Origin: a plasmid
Direction: 5' to 3' (one strand)
DNA: 64,000 nucleotides
Sequence record: NZ_AP019754.1
The translations under genes were made by a program, and so were the position numbers. Under the pieces are notes generated by a model, which had not been told where the DNA came from, searched no databases, and saw only the letters and a list, made by a program, of their open reading frames with translations. How positions within the stretch are numbered: the stretch's first letter is position 1; the number at the start of each line of letters is the position of its first letter. Positions 39,532 through 48,749 of this stretch are shown here, piece after piece.

Positions 39532-40247
39532 TCAATGTGTTAGTCGTAGACGATGATGCCATGGTGGCCGAACTGAACCGATGCTATATCGGGCAGATTG
39601 ACGGTTTTACCTGCTGTGGTACCGCGTCCACCTTACAGCAAGCCAAAGAGCGCCTGTTGCAGACAGATCCGCCCGTTGATCTTATTTTGCTGGATATCTA
39701 TATGCAGCAGGAAAACGGACTGGACCTGTTGCCAGAGCTGCGCAGTGCGGGGCGTCCGGTTGACGTCATTATCATCTCATCCGCTGCCGATGCGGCGACC
39801 ATTAAAACGTCGCTGAACTACGGCGTTGTGGATTATCTGATAAAACCCTTTCAGTTTTCCCGCTTTGAAGAGGCGCTGACCGGATGGCGTCAGAAAAAAC
39901 GGCTGATGGATAATCATCAGTTTTATCAGCAGGCCGATGTGGATCAACTGCTGCATGGTAATCAGGCCAATGCCAGCGAGACAAAACGCCTGCCAAAAGG
40001 GCTGACGCCGCAGACATTACGTACGCTGTGTTTGTGGATTGATGCGCACCCCGGTACCGAGTTTTCTACCGATGAGCTGGCCACTGAGGTGAATATTTCT
40101 CGCGTATCGTGCCGTAAATACCTGATTTGGCTGGCGCAGAGCAATATTTTGTTTACCAGTATTCACTACGGCGTCACGGGACGTCCGGTGTATCGCTATC
40201 GTCTGCAGCCGGAGTACCACACGCTTTTACGCCAGTACTGTCAATGA
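39528..40247 (+). CDS. dcuR: Response regulator DcuR (CitB family).
   Basis: ATGA overlap with the dcuS stop. Receiver domain VLVVDDD...LLDIYM and a C-terminal HTH. 239 aa. Confidence 0.85.
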   Translation: MINVLVVDDDAMVAELNRCYIGQIDGFTCCGTASTLQQAKERLLQTDPPVDLILLDIYMQQENGLDLLPELRSAGRPVDVIIISSAADAATIKTSLNYGVVDYLIKPFQFSRFEEALTGWRQKKRLMDNHQFYQQADVDQLLHGNQANASETKRLPKGLTPQTLRTLCLWIDAHPGTEFSTDELATEVNISRVSCRKYLIWLAQSNILFTSIHYGVTGRPVYRYRLQPEYHTLLRQYCQ

Positions 40248-41251
40248 CGGAGCTGAAAGCAATTATCCAGTAAGGTGAAGTGAAAGTGACGTTGTGACGA
40301 GCAAATGACCTGCTTGTCGCGCGTCACGAAGACAGCCTCAATATCAGGATGGCTTTTCAGATACGCAATGCCCTTCTCAACGCCCATGCCATAAATCAGC
40401 GTGGTATAAATATCACCGTCGATCGACTGATCGGAAATAATGGTCACGCTATACAGCTCATTATCCAGCGGATAGCCGGTATGTCTGTCAAGAATATGGT
40501 GATAACAGACGCCATCCTGTTCGAAGTAACGTTCGTAGATCCCGGACGTCACCACGGATTTGTTCACAACATGAATGACACCAATCAGGGCATCCTGGGC
40601 CGCAAAAGGGGTTTTCAGACCGATTGCCCATCCCTGCTGCGGCGCATCACGAGGTGCGCCTAACGTTTGCACGTTGCCGCCAAGGTTAATCAACGCGCTA
40701 TCGACGCCCTGCTGCTGCAAAAAAGCCTGCACCCGATCGGCAATGTAGCCTTTGGCGATGGCACCCAGATCAATTTCCATCCCCGTTTTGTTCAGAAACA
40801 CCGAACGCGTGTCCGCATCAAGCTGGACATTTTCAGGACAGGTTAAGGGCAACGTTGCCAGTATTGTCTCCCGCGCAGGAACGCAGTCACCCTGAAAGCC
40901 AATTTTCCAGCATTTCACCAGCGGGCCAATCGTGAGATTAAAACTGCTGTCTGGTAACAGACTGACGTTAAGTGCGCGCTGAATTAAATCAAAGACGGGT
41001 TGACTGACGCTCACGGGATGCTGACCGGCAGCATGGTTAATCGCCATCACTTCGGAGTGCGTCCGGTTAACCGTCAGCAGATTTTCGTACTGTTTGATTA
41101 ATCTGAAAGCCTGTGCCGCAAGCTTTTCGTCGTGCTCGAATAGCTTAAGCAGAATGGGCGATCCCATCAGGACGGCGGAATAAGCACAGACTTGCGACTC
41201 GGTTTGCATAGGCGACACCGCTCTGGGAGGGAATAAAACCGGCACCTGCAT
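40241..41251 (-). CDS. apbE: FAD:protein FMN transferase (ApbE family), predicted cytoplasmic because it has no signal peptide.
   Basis: ApbE fold motifs (LMGSPI, AKGYIADR, TSGIYERYF). No N-terminal hydrophobic segment. Lies 24 nt downstream of the flavoprotein gene. Start is ambiguous (41251 or 41209). Confidence 0.75.
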   Translation of the reverse strand: MQVPVLFPPRAVSPMQTESQVCAYSAVLMGSPILLKLFEHDEKLAAQAFRLIKQYENLLTVNRTHSEVMAINHAAGQHPVSVSQPVFDLIQRALNVSLLPDSSFNLTIGPLVKCWKIGFQGDCVPARETILATLPLTCPENVQLDADTRSVFLNKTGMEIDLGAIAKGYIADRVQAFLQQQGVDSALINLGGNVQTLGAPRDAPQQGWAIGLKTPFAAQDALIGVIHVVNKSVVTSGIYERYFEQDGVCYHHILDRHTGYPLDNELYSVTIISDQSIDGDIYTTLIYGMGVEKGIAYLKSHPDIEAVFVTRDKQVICSSQRHFHFTLLDNCFQLRH

Positions 41252-41275
41252 GCGGGCAGATGCCGGCGGTGACGA

Positions 41276-44053
41276 CTAGCGTTTGGCTAACGCCGCAGCG
41301 TTGGCACCTGCCAGAATACCAAAGATGATGATGTCCGCAACCGCGTTACCACCGATACGGTTTGCACCGTGGATCCCGCCGACAACTTCACCGCACGCCC
41401 AGGCACCGTGGATTGGCTGTTTATGGCTGTCGAGCACGGCTGTGGTGGTATCAATGGTGACGCCACCCATTGTGTGGTGAACACCGGGCGCGATGCGGAT
41501 CGCATGGAAAGGGCCCTCGTTCAACGGATGACGCAGCGCGGTCTGACGATCGAAGTCCGCGTCTTTCTGCTGTATCACAAAGCCGTTATAGCGATGCAGC
41601 GTTTCTTCCAGCGTCCGGTGTTCCATATTCAGTTTCACCGCCAGCTCGCCTACGGTTGGCGCGCTGATAACAAATCCTTTGGCAATATACTCATCGGCCG
41701 CTTTGTTATTCATACGAACCTGCTCATCGAAGACAATCCAGGCGCTTTTCTCCGGCAGTGCAATAATCTGCGCAGAAACTTTATCGCGGGTTTCCATCTC
41801 ATTACAGAAGCGCTGTCCCGCCTGGCTGACCAGAATGGCCCCACCGCCACGAATAGACTCTGACACCAGATAGGATGTGGTTTGCTCAACCGTTGGGTGA
41901 ATCTGAATCTCGCCCATATCCACGGTATCCGCACCAATTTTTTGCAGCATCGCAATGCCTGCGCCAGTGGCCCCTTTATGGTTGGTGGTGACAAAGCCAT
42001 CCAGCTCAGGGCGGTATTTCACCACCATTTCCCGGTTGGCGCTGAAGCCACCTGTTGCGACGATGACGCTTTTCGCATTGAGAATACGGCTGTCGTTGTA
42101 TTCATCCACCACTTTGACACCGCTGACCGCGCCGTTGTCGAACAAAATTTCCTCTACGGCGGTTTCAAGCAGGACGTCAATATTACGGTTATTGATATTT
42201 TTCACTAACCCACTGATCAGGAAGCCGCCAACGGCCGAGCGGTCGGCAGGACGGTGCGTACGATCAATGCTCATGCCGCCGGTGATGGTGATGTCATTCA
42301 GTTCGATACCGTGATCGGCCAGCCAGTCAATGGCTTCAGGCGCCAAATCAACGAACTCGCGCAGCAGGGTCGGGTTGTTTTTGTACTTACCGCCCTTGAG
42401 CGTTTCCTCATAAAACAGTTCTTTGCTGTCTTCGATACCTTTCAGTTTCTGAAAACGCGTCTCGGCGGCGTTCATCCCTACGGATGCTTTGATCGTGTTA
42501 CCGCCGATAGTGGGCATTTTCTCAATGACAACCACTTTGGCACCTTCATCATGCGCCTGAATGGCCGCGGCCAGACCGGCACCGCCGCTTCCCACGACCA
42601 CCACATCATACTGTTGCGGTGCATTGGGATTACCGCCCTCTTCAATCACATGGGCTTTATTTGAAGTGGTCATTGCACGCGATACTGCTTTTTTCAGGGC
42701 CTCACTCTGCGTGGTCGCGCCGGTGATAGCATCAACGTGTGGGCTGTTAGCCACCAGAATACGATTACGCAGGCTTTCGAAGGTGGTAGTGAAGTCAACG
42801 TCCAGCGTGTCGTCCGGTACCAGCGAGATATCTGTAATACGGTCGGTATCCAGCGTGACGTTGATCTTCAGCTTAAGCGCTTCGGCCTCAACTTTTTCCT
42901 GATAAACACCGGCTTTGTATTTGCGTCCCGACTCACTCATATCGCGAATCATGGCGTCAACCAGCGAGAAACGCCACAGCGGTTCAGGGATCAATAACGC
43001 TTCACGCTGGTTACTGTCGATGTAAAGTTCAAGATGCTCATTATTGATAATGCGATCTGTCCAGTCGGGATAAGCGATGCAGGCTTTACCAATCGCAACC
43101 AGGTCATAGCCTTTTTCCAGCGCTTTTTCCGCATCTTCTTTGTTTACCACACCGCCAACGCCAATGACCGGCACTTTCGCCAGCGTTGGGGACCGCATGT
43201 TAATAAACTTCTCAATCAGCGGGGTTGGATCGGTGGTATCAACGATAGAGGGGCGCATAAGCTGCCCAACAGAAAAGTGGACATAATCGAGCCCGCGTGC
43301 CGCCAGCTTTTCCAGTAGGTACAGGGTGTCATCGAAACGGATGCCCGGGACTTCAAGTTCTTCAGGGGAAAAACGATAGCCGATGATGAACCCGTTATGT
43401 GCAAATCGCGCGGCCATTTTATGGGTAATTTCGAGGACTTCCAGCGGAAAGCGGGCACGGTTATCGCGACTGCCGCCCCATTTGTCATCGCGTTGATTGG
43501 AATTGGGTGAGTAAAATTGCTGTATCAGATAGGTGTTTGCGCCATGAATTTCAACGCCATCAAATCCGGCTTTAATGGCGCGGTTAACGGCGTCACCAAA
43601 TTTAGTGATCATGGTATCCACTTCTTCTGCCGTTAGCGCGCGCGGCGTCGTGGCACCCTCACGAGGTGCGGCAATGGCGCTTGGGGCGACAGGGGTTTTC
43701 CCCCCTATCAGCTCAGGCTCAACCATGCGGCCGCCGTGATAGATCTGCAAAATCGCTGTCGAACCTTCCTGCTTGATGGCGTCAGCAATTCGCTTTAGGC
43801 CCGGAATTTTGTTGTCGCTGTCGATGGCTATAGCCCCTGGAAACGCGGGACCTTTTGGATCGATAAAACAGCATTCAACAATGACCGTTCCGATGCTGCC
43901 AGCACGGGCACGATAATATTCAACCAGTTCACTGGTGACCGTTCCGTCATAAAAACCGGTGCAGGTTGTCATGGGTGCCATGATCAGGCGATTTTTTAAA
44001 ACCGCGCCACGCGGCAACGTAATGGAATTGAGAATGGGGGTGAGTGTATTCAT
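41276..44053 (-). CDS. Three-domain soluble flavoprotein: OYE-like NADH:flavin oxidoreductase, FMN_bind, and an FAD-binding fumarate-reductase-type domain. Resembles the Klebsiella NADH:fumarate oxidoreductase.
   Basis: N-terminal TIM-barrel OYE motifs. Central FMN_bind with DAITGATT (a [S/T]GAT flavinylation site). C-terminal FAD_binding_2 with VVVVGSGGAGLAAA, QIHPTV, SIRGGGAIL, HHTMGG and NRIGGNA. GGAG Shine-Dalgarno before the ATG at 44053. Confidence 0.8.
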   Translation of the reverse strand: MNTLTPILNSITLPRGAVLKNRLIMAPMTTCTGFYDGTVTSELVEYYRARAGSIGTVIVECCFIDPKGPAFPGAIAIDSDNKIPGLKRIADAIKQEGSTAILQIYHGGRMVEPELIGGKTPVAPSAIAAPREGATTPRALTAEEVDTMITKFGDAVNRAIKAGFDGVEIHGANTYLIQQFYSPNSNQRDDKWGGSRDNRARFPLEVLEITHKMAARFAHNGFIIGYRFSPEELEVPGIRFDDTLYLLEKLAARGLDYVHFSVGQLMRPSIVDTTDPTPLIEKFINMRSPTLAKVPVIGVGGVVNKEDAEKALEKGYDLVAIGKACIAYPDWTDRIINNEHLELYIDSNQREALLIPEPLWRFSLVDAMIRDMSESGRKYKAGVYQEKVEAEALKLKINVTLDTDRITDISLVPDDTLDVDFTTTFESLRNRILVANSPHVDAITGATTQSEALKKAVSRAMTTSNKAHVIEEGGNPNAPQQYDVVVVGSGGAGLAAAIQAHDEGAKVVVIEKMPTIGGNTIKASVGMNAAETRFQKLKGIEDSKELFYEETLKGGKYKNNPTLLREFVDLAPEAIDWLADHGIELNDITITGGMSIDRTHRPADRSAVGGFLISGLVKNINNRNIDVLLETAVEEILFDNGAVSGVKVVDEYNDSRILNAKSVIVATGGFSANREMVVKYRPELDGFVTTNHKGATGAGIAMLQKIGADTVDMGEIQIHPTVEQTTSYLVSESIRGGGAILVSQAGQRFCNEMETRDKVSAQIIALPEKSAWIVFDEQVRMNNKAADEYIAKGFVISAPTVGELAVKLNMEHRTLEETLHRYNGFVIQQKDADFDRQTALRHPLNEGPFHAIRIAPGVHHTMGGVTIDTTTAVLDSHKQPIHGAWACGEVVGGIHGANRIGGNAVADIIIFGILAGANAAALAKR

Positions 44054-44444
44054 TGCGATTAACTCCAAAAATTCAAAACTCGGGAATTCTGTGCGGACGC
44101 TTTTTTATTAATAAATAAGTGGTCCGATGTCATAACGCTAATATACCAATTATTTTAGTTTCATAAGTTTTAATTTTAGTTTTTTAACTTTTAAATATTT
44201 CAAGTTTACTATTTGATTAAAGCAGGATCGTGATGTATATTTATTGTTAATCAATAGTTAAGGAAAATCAATGAGAATTGTGAAATTAAAAATACTACAA
44301 TAAAAACAATAGCTTAAACATATAATTCTGTTGCTCACCCTTCCCAAAGTGAAGCTTAAAACCCTTATTTTTGCAGTTTAAATATTTGGCTCTAGGTTAT
44401 TAATAATTTAGTTGTTAAAATTTTAATCGTATAATTTAACTTAC

Positions 44445-44458
44445 TTGATCTGGATCAA
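44445..44458. promoter_or_regulatory. Perfect FNR consensus box TTGAT-CTGG-ATCAA.
   Basis: Read directly from the sequence. It lies inside the 575-bp AT-rich divergent intergenic region between the flavoprotein operon and the DASS transporter operon. Confidence 0.5.
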
Positions 44459-44643
44459 TATTCTGTTTTTAATTAATCGCATCATATCCACATGATCTTT
44501 TATAAATGCCTCCATCGCACCAGAGGACAAGTTAAAGAATTATAAGGCATCACGGTTTATTCTCATAATTTAGAATAAAGAAGTCCCTATGGACGAATTG
44601 CCGGGACGCTGCTCGAATTATCCTTAACACGTAGAAAAATACT

Positions 44644-46152
44644 ATGAAAACACTCTCAAACGTCAAAGAGCCTCCAAAAGCAGCCCCTGCAACTGCGGGC
44701 AAAAATAAAGCACTTATGCTCCTTTTGCCGGTTTTGGTCGCCGTCCTGTTGTTACTCGTCCCCGTGCCAGCGGGTCTTGAACCTTATGCATGGCACTTCT
44801 TTGCCATCTTCGTCGGCGTCATCGTCGGGCTGATTTTTGAACCCTTGCCCGGCGCAGTGATTGGTCTGACCGGCGTCGTCGTCATCGCCTTGTTCAGCCA
44901 GTTCCTGCTCTTTAGCCCGGCAGAACTGGCCAACCCCAAATTTAAAGTGGCGAGTGAGTCATTTAAATGGGCGGTCAGCGGCTTCGGTAACTCAACCGTC
45001 TGGCTGATTTTTGGCGCATTCATGTTCGCTGCGGGCTATGACAAGACCCAGTTCGGCCGCCGTCTGGCATTGATTCTGGTGAAATACCTGGGCCGCCGGA
45101 GTTTAACCCTCGGCTATGCCATCACCTTCGCGGATTTGCTGCTGGCCCCTTTCACCCCGTCGAACACGGCCCGCAGTGGCGGTACCATTTATCCCATCAT
45201 TGCCAATCTGCCGCCGCTTTATGGTTCAAAACCCAATGACCCCAGCGCGCGTAAAATTGGATCTTATCTGATGTGGGTTGCTATCACCGCCGCCTGTATC
45301 ACCAGCTCCATGTTCCTGTCCGCCCTGGCCCCCAACCTGCTCGCCCTTGCGCTGGTCAAAAGCGTCATTGGTTTTGATATCTCCTGGGGAATGTGGTTCC
45401 TTGCCTTTTTGCCACTGGGCCTGCTGTTGATTCTGACCATGCCGCTGCTGGCGTACTGGTTCTATCCGCCTGAAGTGAAGGTGAATGATGAAGTGCCTCG
45501 CTGGGCGATTGCTGAGCTGGAAAAACTGGGTAAGTTGACCCGTAATGAAATCCTGTTACTGGTGTTTGTTGTCTGTGCGCTACTGATGTGGATTTTTGCC
45601 ACTGCCTGGATCGAACCGGCCATGGCCGCTCTGCTGGTGATTATCCTGATGCTGTGGACCGGGGTACTTAACTGGAACGACATCACTAGCAATAAAGCCG
45701 CCTGGAACACCTTTGCCTGGTTTGCCACACTGGTTGCGCTGGCCGATGGTTTAGCCCGCGTAGGCTTTATCGCCTGGCTGGGCAAAGAAGGGGGAATGTT
45801 ACTGCAGGGATACGATCCTCAAGTGTCGGCTGTGGTGCTGTTGATTGCCTTCTTCCTGCTGCACTACCTGTTTGCCAGTACCACCGCGCATACGACCGCC
45901 TTGCTGCCTGCGATGTTAACCATTGCCGCTTCCATTCCAGGTATTAACATGCCCGTGTTTTGCCTGATGCTGTGTACTTCACTGGGTGTGATGGGGATTA
46001 TCACCCCTTACGGTACCGGCCCAAGCCCTATTTATTACGGCAGCGGCTATTTACCTACGAAAGATTACTGGCGTCTGGGCACCATCTTTGGTGCTATCTT
46101 CCTGATTGCTATGATGCTCATCGCCTACCCCTGGATGGTGTGGATGTTCTGA
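44644..46152 (+). CDS. DASS-family dicarboxylate antiporter (TtdT-like tartrate/succinate-type anion exchanger).
   Basis: 502 aa. Motifs PVPAGLE, SNTARSGG, KAAWN and TPYGTGPSPIYYGSGYLPT are colinear with E. coli TtdT (YgjE). Confidence 0.85.
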   Translation: MKTLSNVKEPPKAAPATAGKNKALMLLLPVLVAVLLLLVPVPAGLEPYAWHFFAIFVGVIVGLIFEPLPGAVIGLTGVVVIALFSQFLLFSPAELANPKFKVASESFKWAVSGFGNSTVWLIFGAFMFAAGYDKTQFGRRLALILVKYLGRRSLTLGYAITFADLLLAPFTPSNTARSGGTIYPIIANLPPLYGSKPNDPSARKIGSYLMWVAITAACITSSMFLSALAPNLLALALVKSVIGFDISWGMWFLAFLPLGLLLILTMPLLAYWFYPPEVKVNDEVPRWAIAELEKLGKLTRNEILLLVFVVCALLMWIFATAWIEPAMAALLVIILMLWTGVLNWNDITSNKAAWNTFAWFATLVALADGLARVGFIAWLGKEGGMLLQGYDPQVSAVVLLIAFFLLHYLFASTTAHTTALLPAMLTIAASIPGINMPVFCLMLCTSLGVMGIITPYGTGPSPIYYGSGYLPTKDYWRLGTIFGAIFLIAMMLIAYPWMVWMF

Positions 46153-46308
46153 TTGTGTCAAATGCATTTCGACGCGTCATACGATAACATGCCAACACTT
46201 GCCAGCCTGTGCTTATGGCTGGCAAGCATAATAAACAACTCATTCGCCTTTGATGTTGCTCCTGTCAGCCTGCGTTAACGGAGCCAGCACGTCATTAAGT
46301 GAGATACT

Positions 46309-47955
46309 ATGTCGAACAAACCTTTTTTTTATCAGAACCCCTTTCCTCTTGCCCACGAGGACACCGAATACTATTTGCTTAGCCCCGACCACGTTTCCGT
46401 GGCTGAGTTTGACGGCCAGTCCATATTAAAAGTGGACCCACAGGCATTGACGCTGCTGGCCCAGCAGGCCTTTCATGATGCGTCTTTTATGTTGCGCCCG
46501 GCCCACCAGCAGCAGGTTGCGTCAATTCTGGCTGACCCTGAAGCCAGCGATAACGATAAATACGTCGCACTGCAGTTCTTACGAAACTCCGAGATCGCCG
46601 CTAAAGGTGTCTTGCCAACCTGCCAGGACACCGGCACTGCCATCATCATGGGCAAAAAAGGCCAGCGAGTGTGGACCGGTGGCGGTGACGAAGCCGCGCT
46701 GTCGCAAGGTATCTACAATACCTATATTGAAGATAACCTGCGTTACTCCCAAAACGCCGCGCTGGATATGTATAAAGAAGTGAACACCGGTACCAATCTT
46801 CCGGCGCAGATTGACCTCTACAGCGTGGACGGTGATGAATACAAATTCCTTTGCATCGCCAAAGGCGGCGGTTCCGCCAATAAAACCTATTTGTATCAGG
46901 AAACCAAGGCACTGCTCAGCCCGGGCAAGCTGAAAAATTATCTGGTCGATAAAATGCGTACGCTGGGTACTGCGGCTTGTCCTCCCTACCATATCGCCTT
47001 TGTCATTGGCGGCACCTCTGCCGAAAGTACGCTGAAAACCGTCAAGCTGGCATCGACTCACTACTATGATGGTTTACCTACAGAAGGTAACGAGCATGGC
47101 CAGGCGTTCCGTGATGTTCAGCTTGAGCAGGAGTTACTGGAAGCGGCGCAGCAGCTTGGGCTGGGAGCACAGTTCGGCGGCAAATATTTTGCACATGATA
47201 TCCGCGTAGTGCGTTTGCCTCGCCACGGCGCATCCTGCCCGGTTGGCATGGGGGTTTCGTGCTCCGCTGACCGCAATATCAAAGCTAAAATCAACCGCGA
47301 GGGTATCTGGATTGAAAAACTGGAAGCCAATCCTGGGCGTTATATCCCTGAAGCACTGCGCAAGCAAGGTGAAGGCGAAGTGGTTCACATCGACCTGAAT
47401 CGCCCGATGAATGACATCCTTGCCCAGCTTTCGGAATACCCGGTTTCGACACGTTTGTCCCTGACCGGGACCATCATCGTTGCGCGTGACATTGCCCATG
47501 CCAAACTAAAAGAACGCATTGATAACGGCGAAGGCTTGCCGCAGTACATTAAAGATCACCCTGTCTATTATGCGGGTCCGGCCAAAACACCGGAGGGTTA
47601 CGCATCTGGCTCACTGGGCCCGACGACGGCAGGCCGCATGGATTCGTATGTCGATCTTCTGCAGGCGAATGGCGGCAGCAAAGTCATGCTGGCAAAAGGT
47701 AACCGTAGCCAGCAGGTCACCGATGCCTGCCACAAGCACGGCGGTTTTTACTTAGGCAGCATTGGTGGTCCGGCTGCCGTTCTGGCGCAGCAGAGCATCA
47801 AGAGTCTGGAGTGCGTGGAGTATGCCGAACTGGGGATGGAAGCTATCTGGAAAATAGAGGTCGAAAATTTCCCGGCCTTTATCCTGGTGGATGACAAAGG
47901 AAATGACTTCTTCCAGCATATCGAACGTGAGCACTGCTCGCGCTGTGTGAAATAA
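46309..47955 (+). CDS. fumB: Class I (Fe-S) fumarate hydratase, FumA/FumB type. It cannot be assigned to FumA or FumB from sequence alone; the anaerobic context suggests FumB.
   Basis: 548 aa. [14 protein letters not shown]...[14 protein letters not shown]... is nearly identical in pattern to E. coli FumA/FumB over the whole length. Confidence 0.9.
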   Translation: MSNKPFFYQNPFPLAHEDTEYYLLSPDHVSVAEFDGQSILKVDPQALTLLAQQAFHDASFMLRPAHQQQVASILADPEASDNDKYVALQFLRNSEIAAKGVLPTCQDTGTAIIMGKKGQRVWTGGGDEAALSQGIYNTYIEDNLRYSQNAALDMYKEVNTGTNLPAQIDLYSVDGDEYKFLCIAKGGGSANKTYLYQETKALLSPGKLKNYLVDKMRTLGTAACPPYHIAFVIGGTSAESTLKTVKLASTHYYDGLPTEGNEHGQAFRDVQLEQELLEAAQQLGLGAQFGGKYFAHDIRVVRLPRHGASCPVGMGVSCSADRNIKAKINREGIWIEKLEANPGRYIPEALRKQGEGEVVHIDLNRPMNDILAQLSEYPVSTRLSLTGTIIVARDIAHAKLKERIDNGEGLPQYIKDHPVYYAGPAKTPEGYASGSLGPTTAGRMDSYVDLLQANGGSKVMLAKGNRSQQVTDACHKHGGFYLGSIGGPAAVLAQQSIKSLECVEYAELGMEAIWKIEVENFPAFILVDDKGNDFFQHIEREHCSRCVK

Positions 47956-47977
47956 ACACGCGGCGGTAAACATGATG

Positions 47978-48007
47978 AAACGGCCCCGTTACAGGGGCCG
48001 TTTTTTT
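47978..48007. terminator. Bidirectional intrinsic terminator after fumB.
   Basis: AACGGCCCC-GTTACA-GGGGCCGTT hairpin followed by T7. Confidence 0.7.
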
Positions 48008-48008
48008 A

Positions 48009-48662
48009 TCATCGTTGCAGACGGAGCATGGCGTCGCTTATGCTTTCGTCGCCTTCGGTCAGCTCAATAATTTTGCGCGAAATTTGCGGTGTTTCGACCA
48101 GAGCCACCAGCGTGGCGGCCACATCCTCACGCGGGACCGACCCGTAAGGAATCGCAAAATCTGCACGTACGGTGCCGCGGCCCGCCACATTGGTTAGCGT
48201 ACCGGGACGAAGAATTACCCAGTCGAGTTGGCTTTCGACCAGGCGAACATCAGCCAGCCGCTTCACGCGCATGTAATTTTCGAAACCTTCAGATGTCTCT
48301 TCGCCACGTGCGGCATCCGGGAAGACTGAAACCAGCAAAAACCGCTTCACACCGGCCTTTTCGGCTGCGGCAACCGCCAGGGATAACCCCTCGCCGTCAA
48401 TGGCGTTGGTCAGCTCAATACCCGCGCCTCCCGCCCCAGCGCTAAAAATCACCACATCGTGGCCGGCCATTTTCTGCGCCAGTTGATCCACGGTCAGCTT
48501 CTGGAGATCCCCCGCCACGGGAACCGCTCCGGCGGATTTAAGTGCTTCGGCCTGCTCAGATTTACGATGCAGTGCAGAAACCGCATGTTGCTTAGCGCTG
48601 AGCTGTTTCGTCAGATGAGAGCCAACGTTGCCCGCCGCGCCAATAATAAAACATGTCGTCAT
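48009..48662 (-). CDS. NAD(P)H-binding atypical SDR (NmrA/YbjT-like).
   Basis: MTTCFIIGAAGNVGSHL Rossmann motif. 217 aa. Confidence 0.7.
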   Translation of the reverse strand: MTTCFIIGAAGNVGSHLTKQLSAKQHAVSALHRKSEQAEALKSAGAVPVAGDLQKLTVDQLAQKMAGHDVVIFSAGAGGAGIELTNAIDGEGLSLAVAAAEKAGVKRFLLVSVFPDAARGEETSEGFENYMRVKRLADVRLVESQLDWVILRPGTLTNVAGRGTVRADFAIPYGSVPREDVAATLVALVETPQISRKIIELTEGDESISDAMLRLQR

Positions 48663-48749
48663 CGTCCTGCTCCTTTGAAAAAGTCAGATATCAGTATAGA
48701 CAATAAGCGCAGCGGTAATGAGCGCCCGTCGGGGCGCTTCAGGACATGA

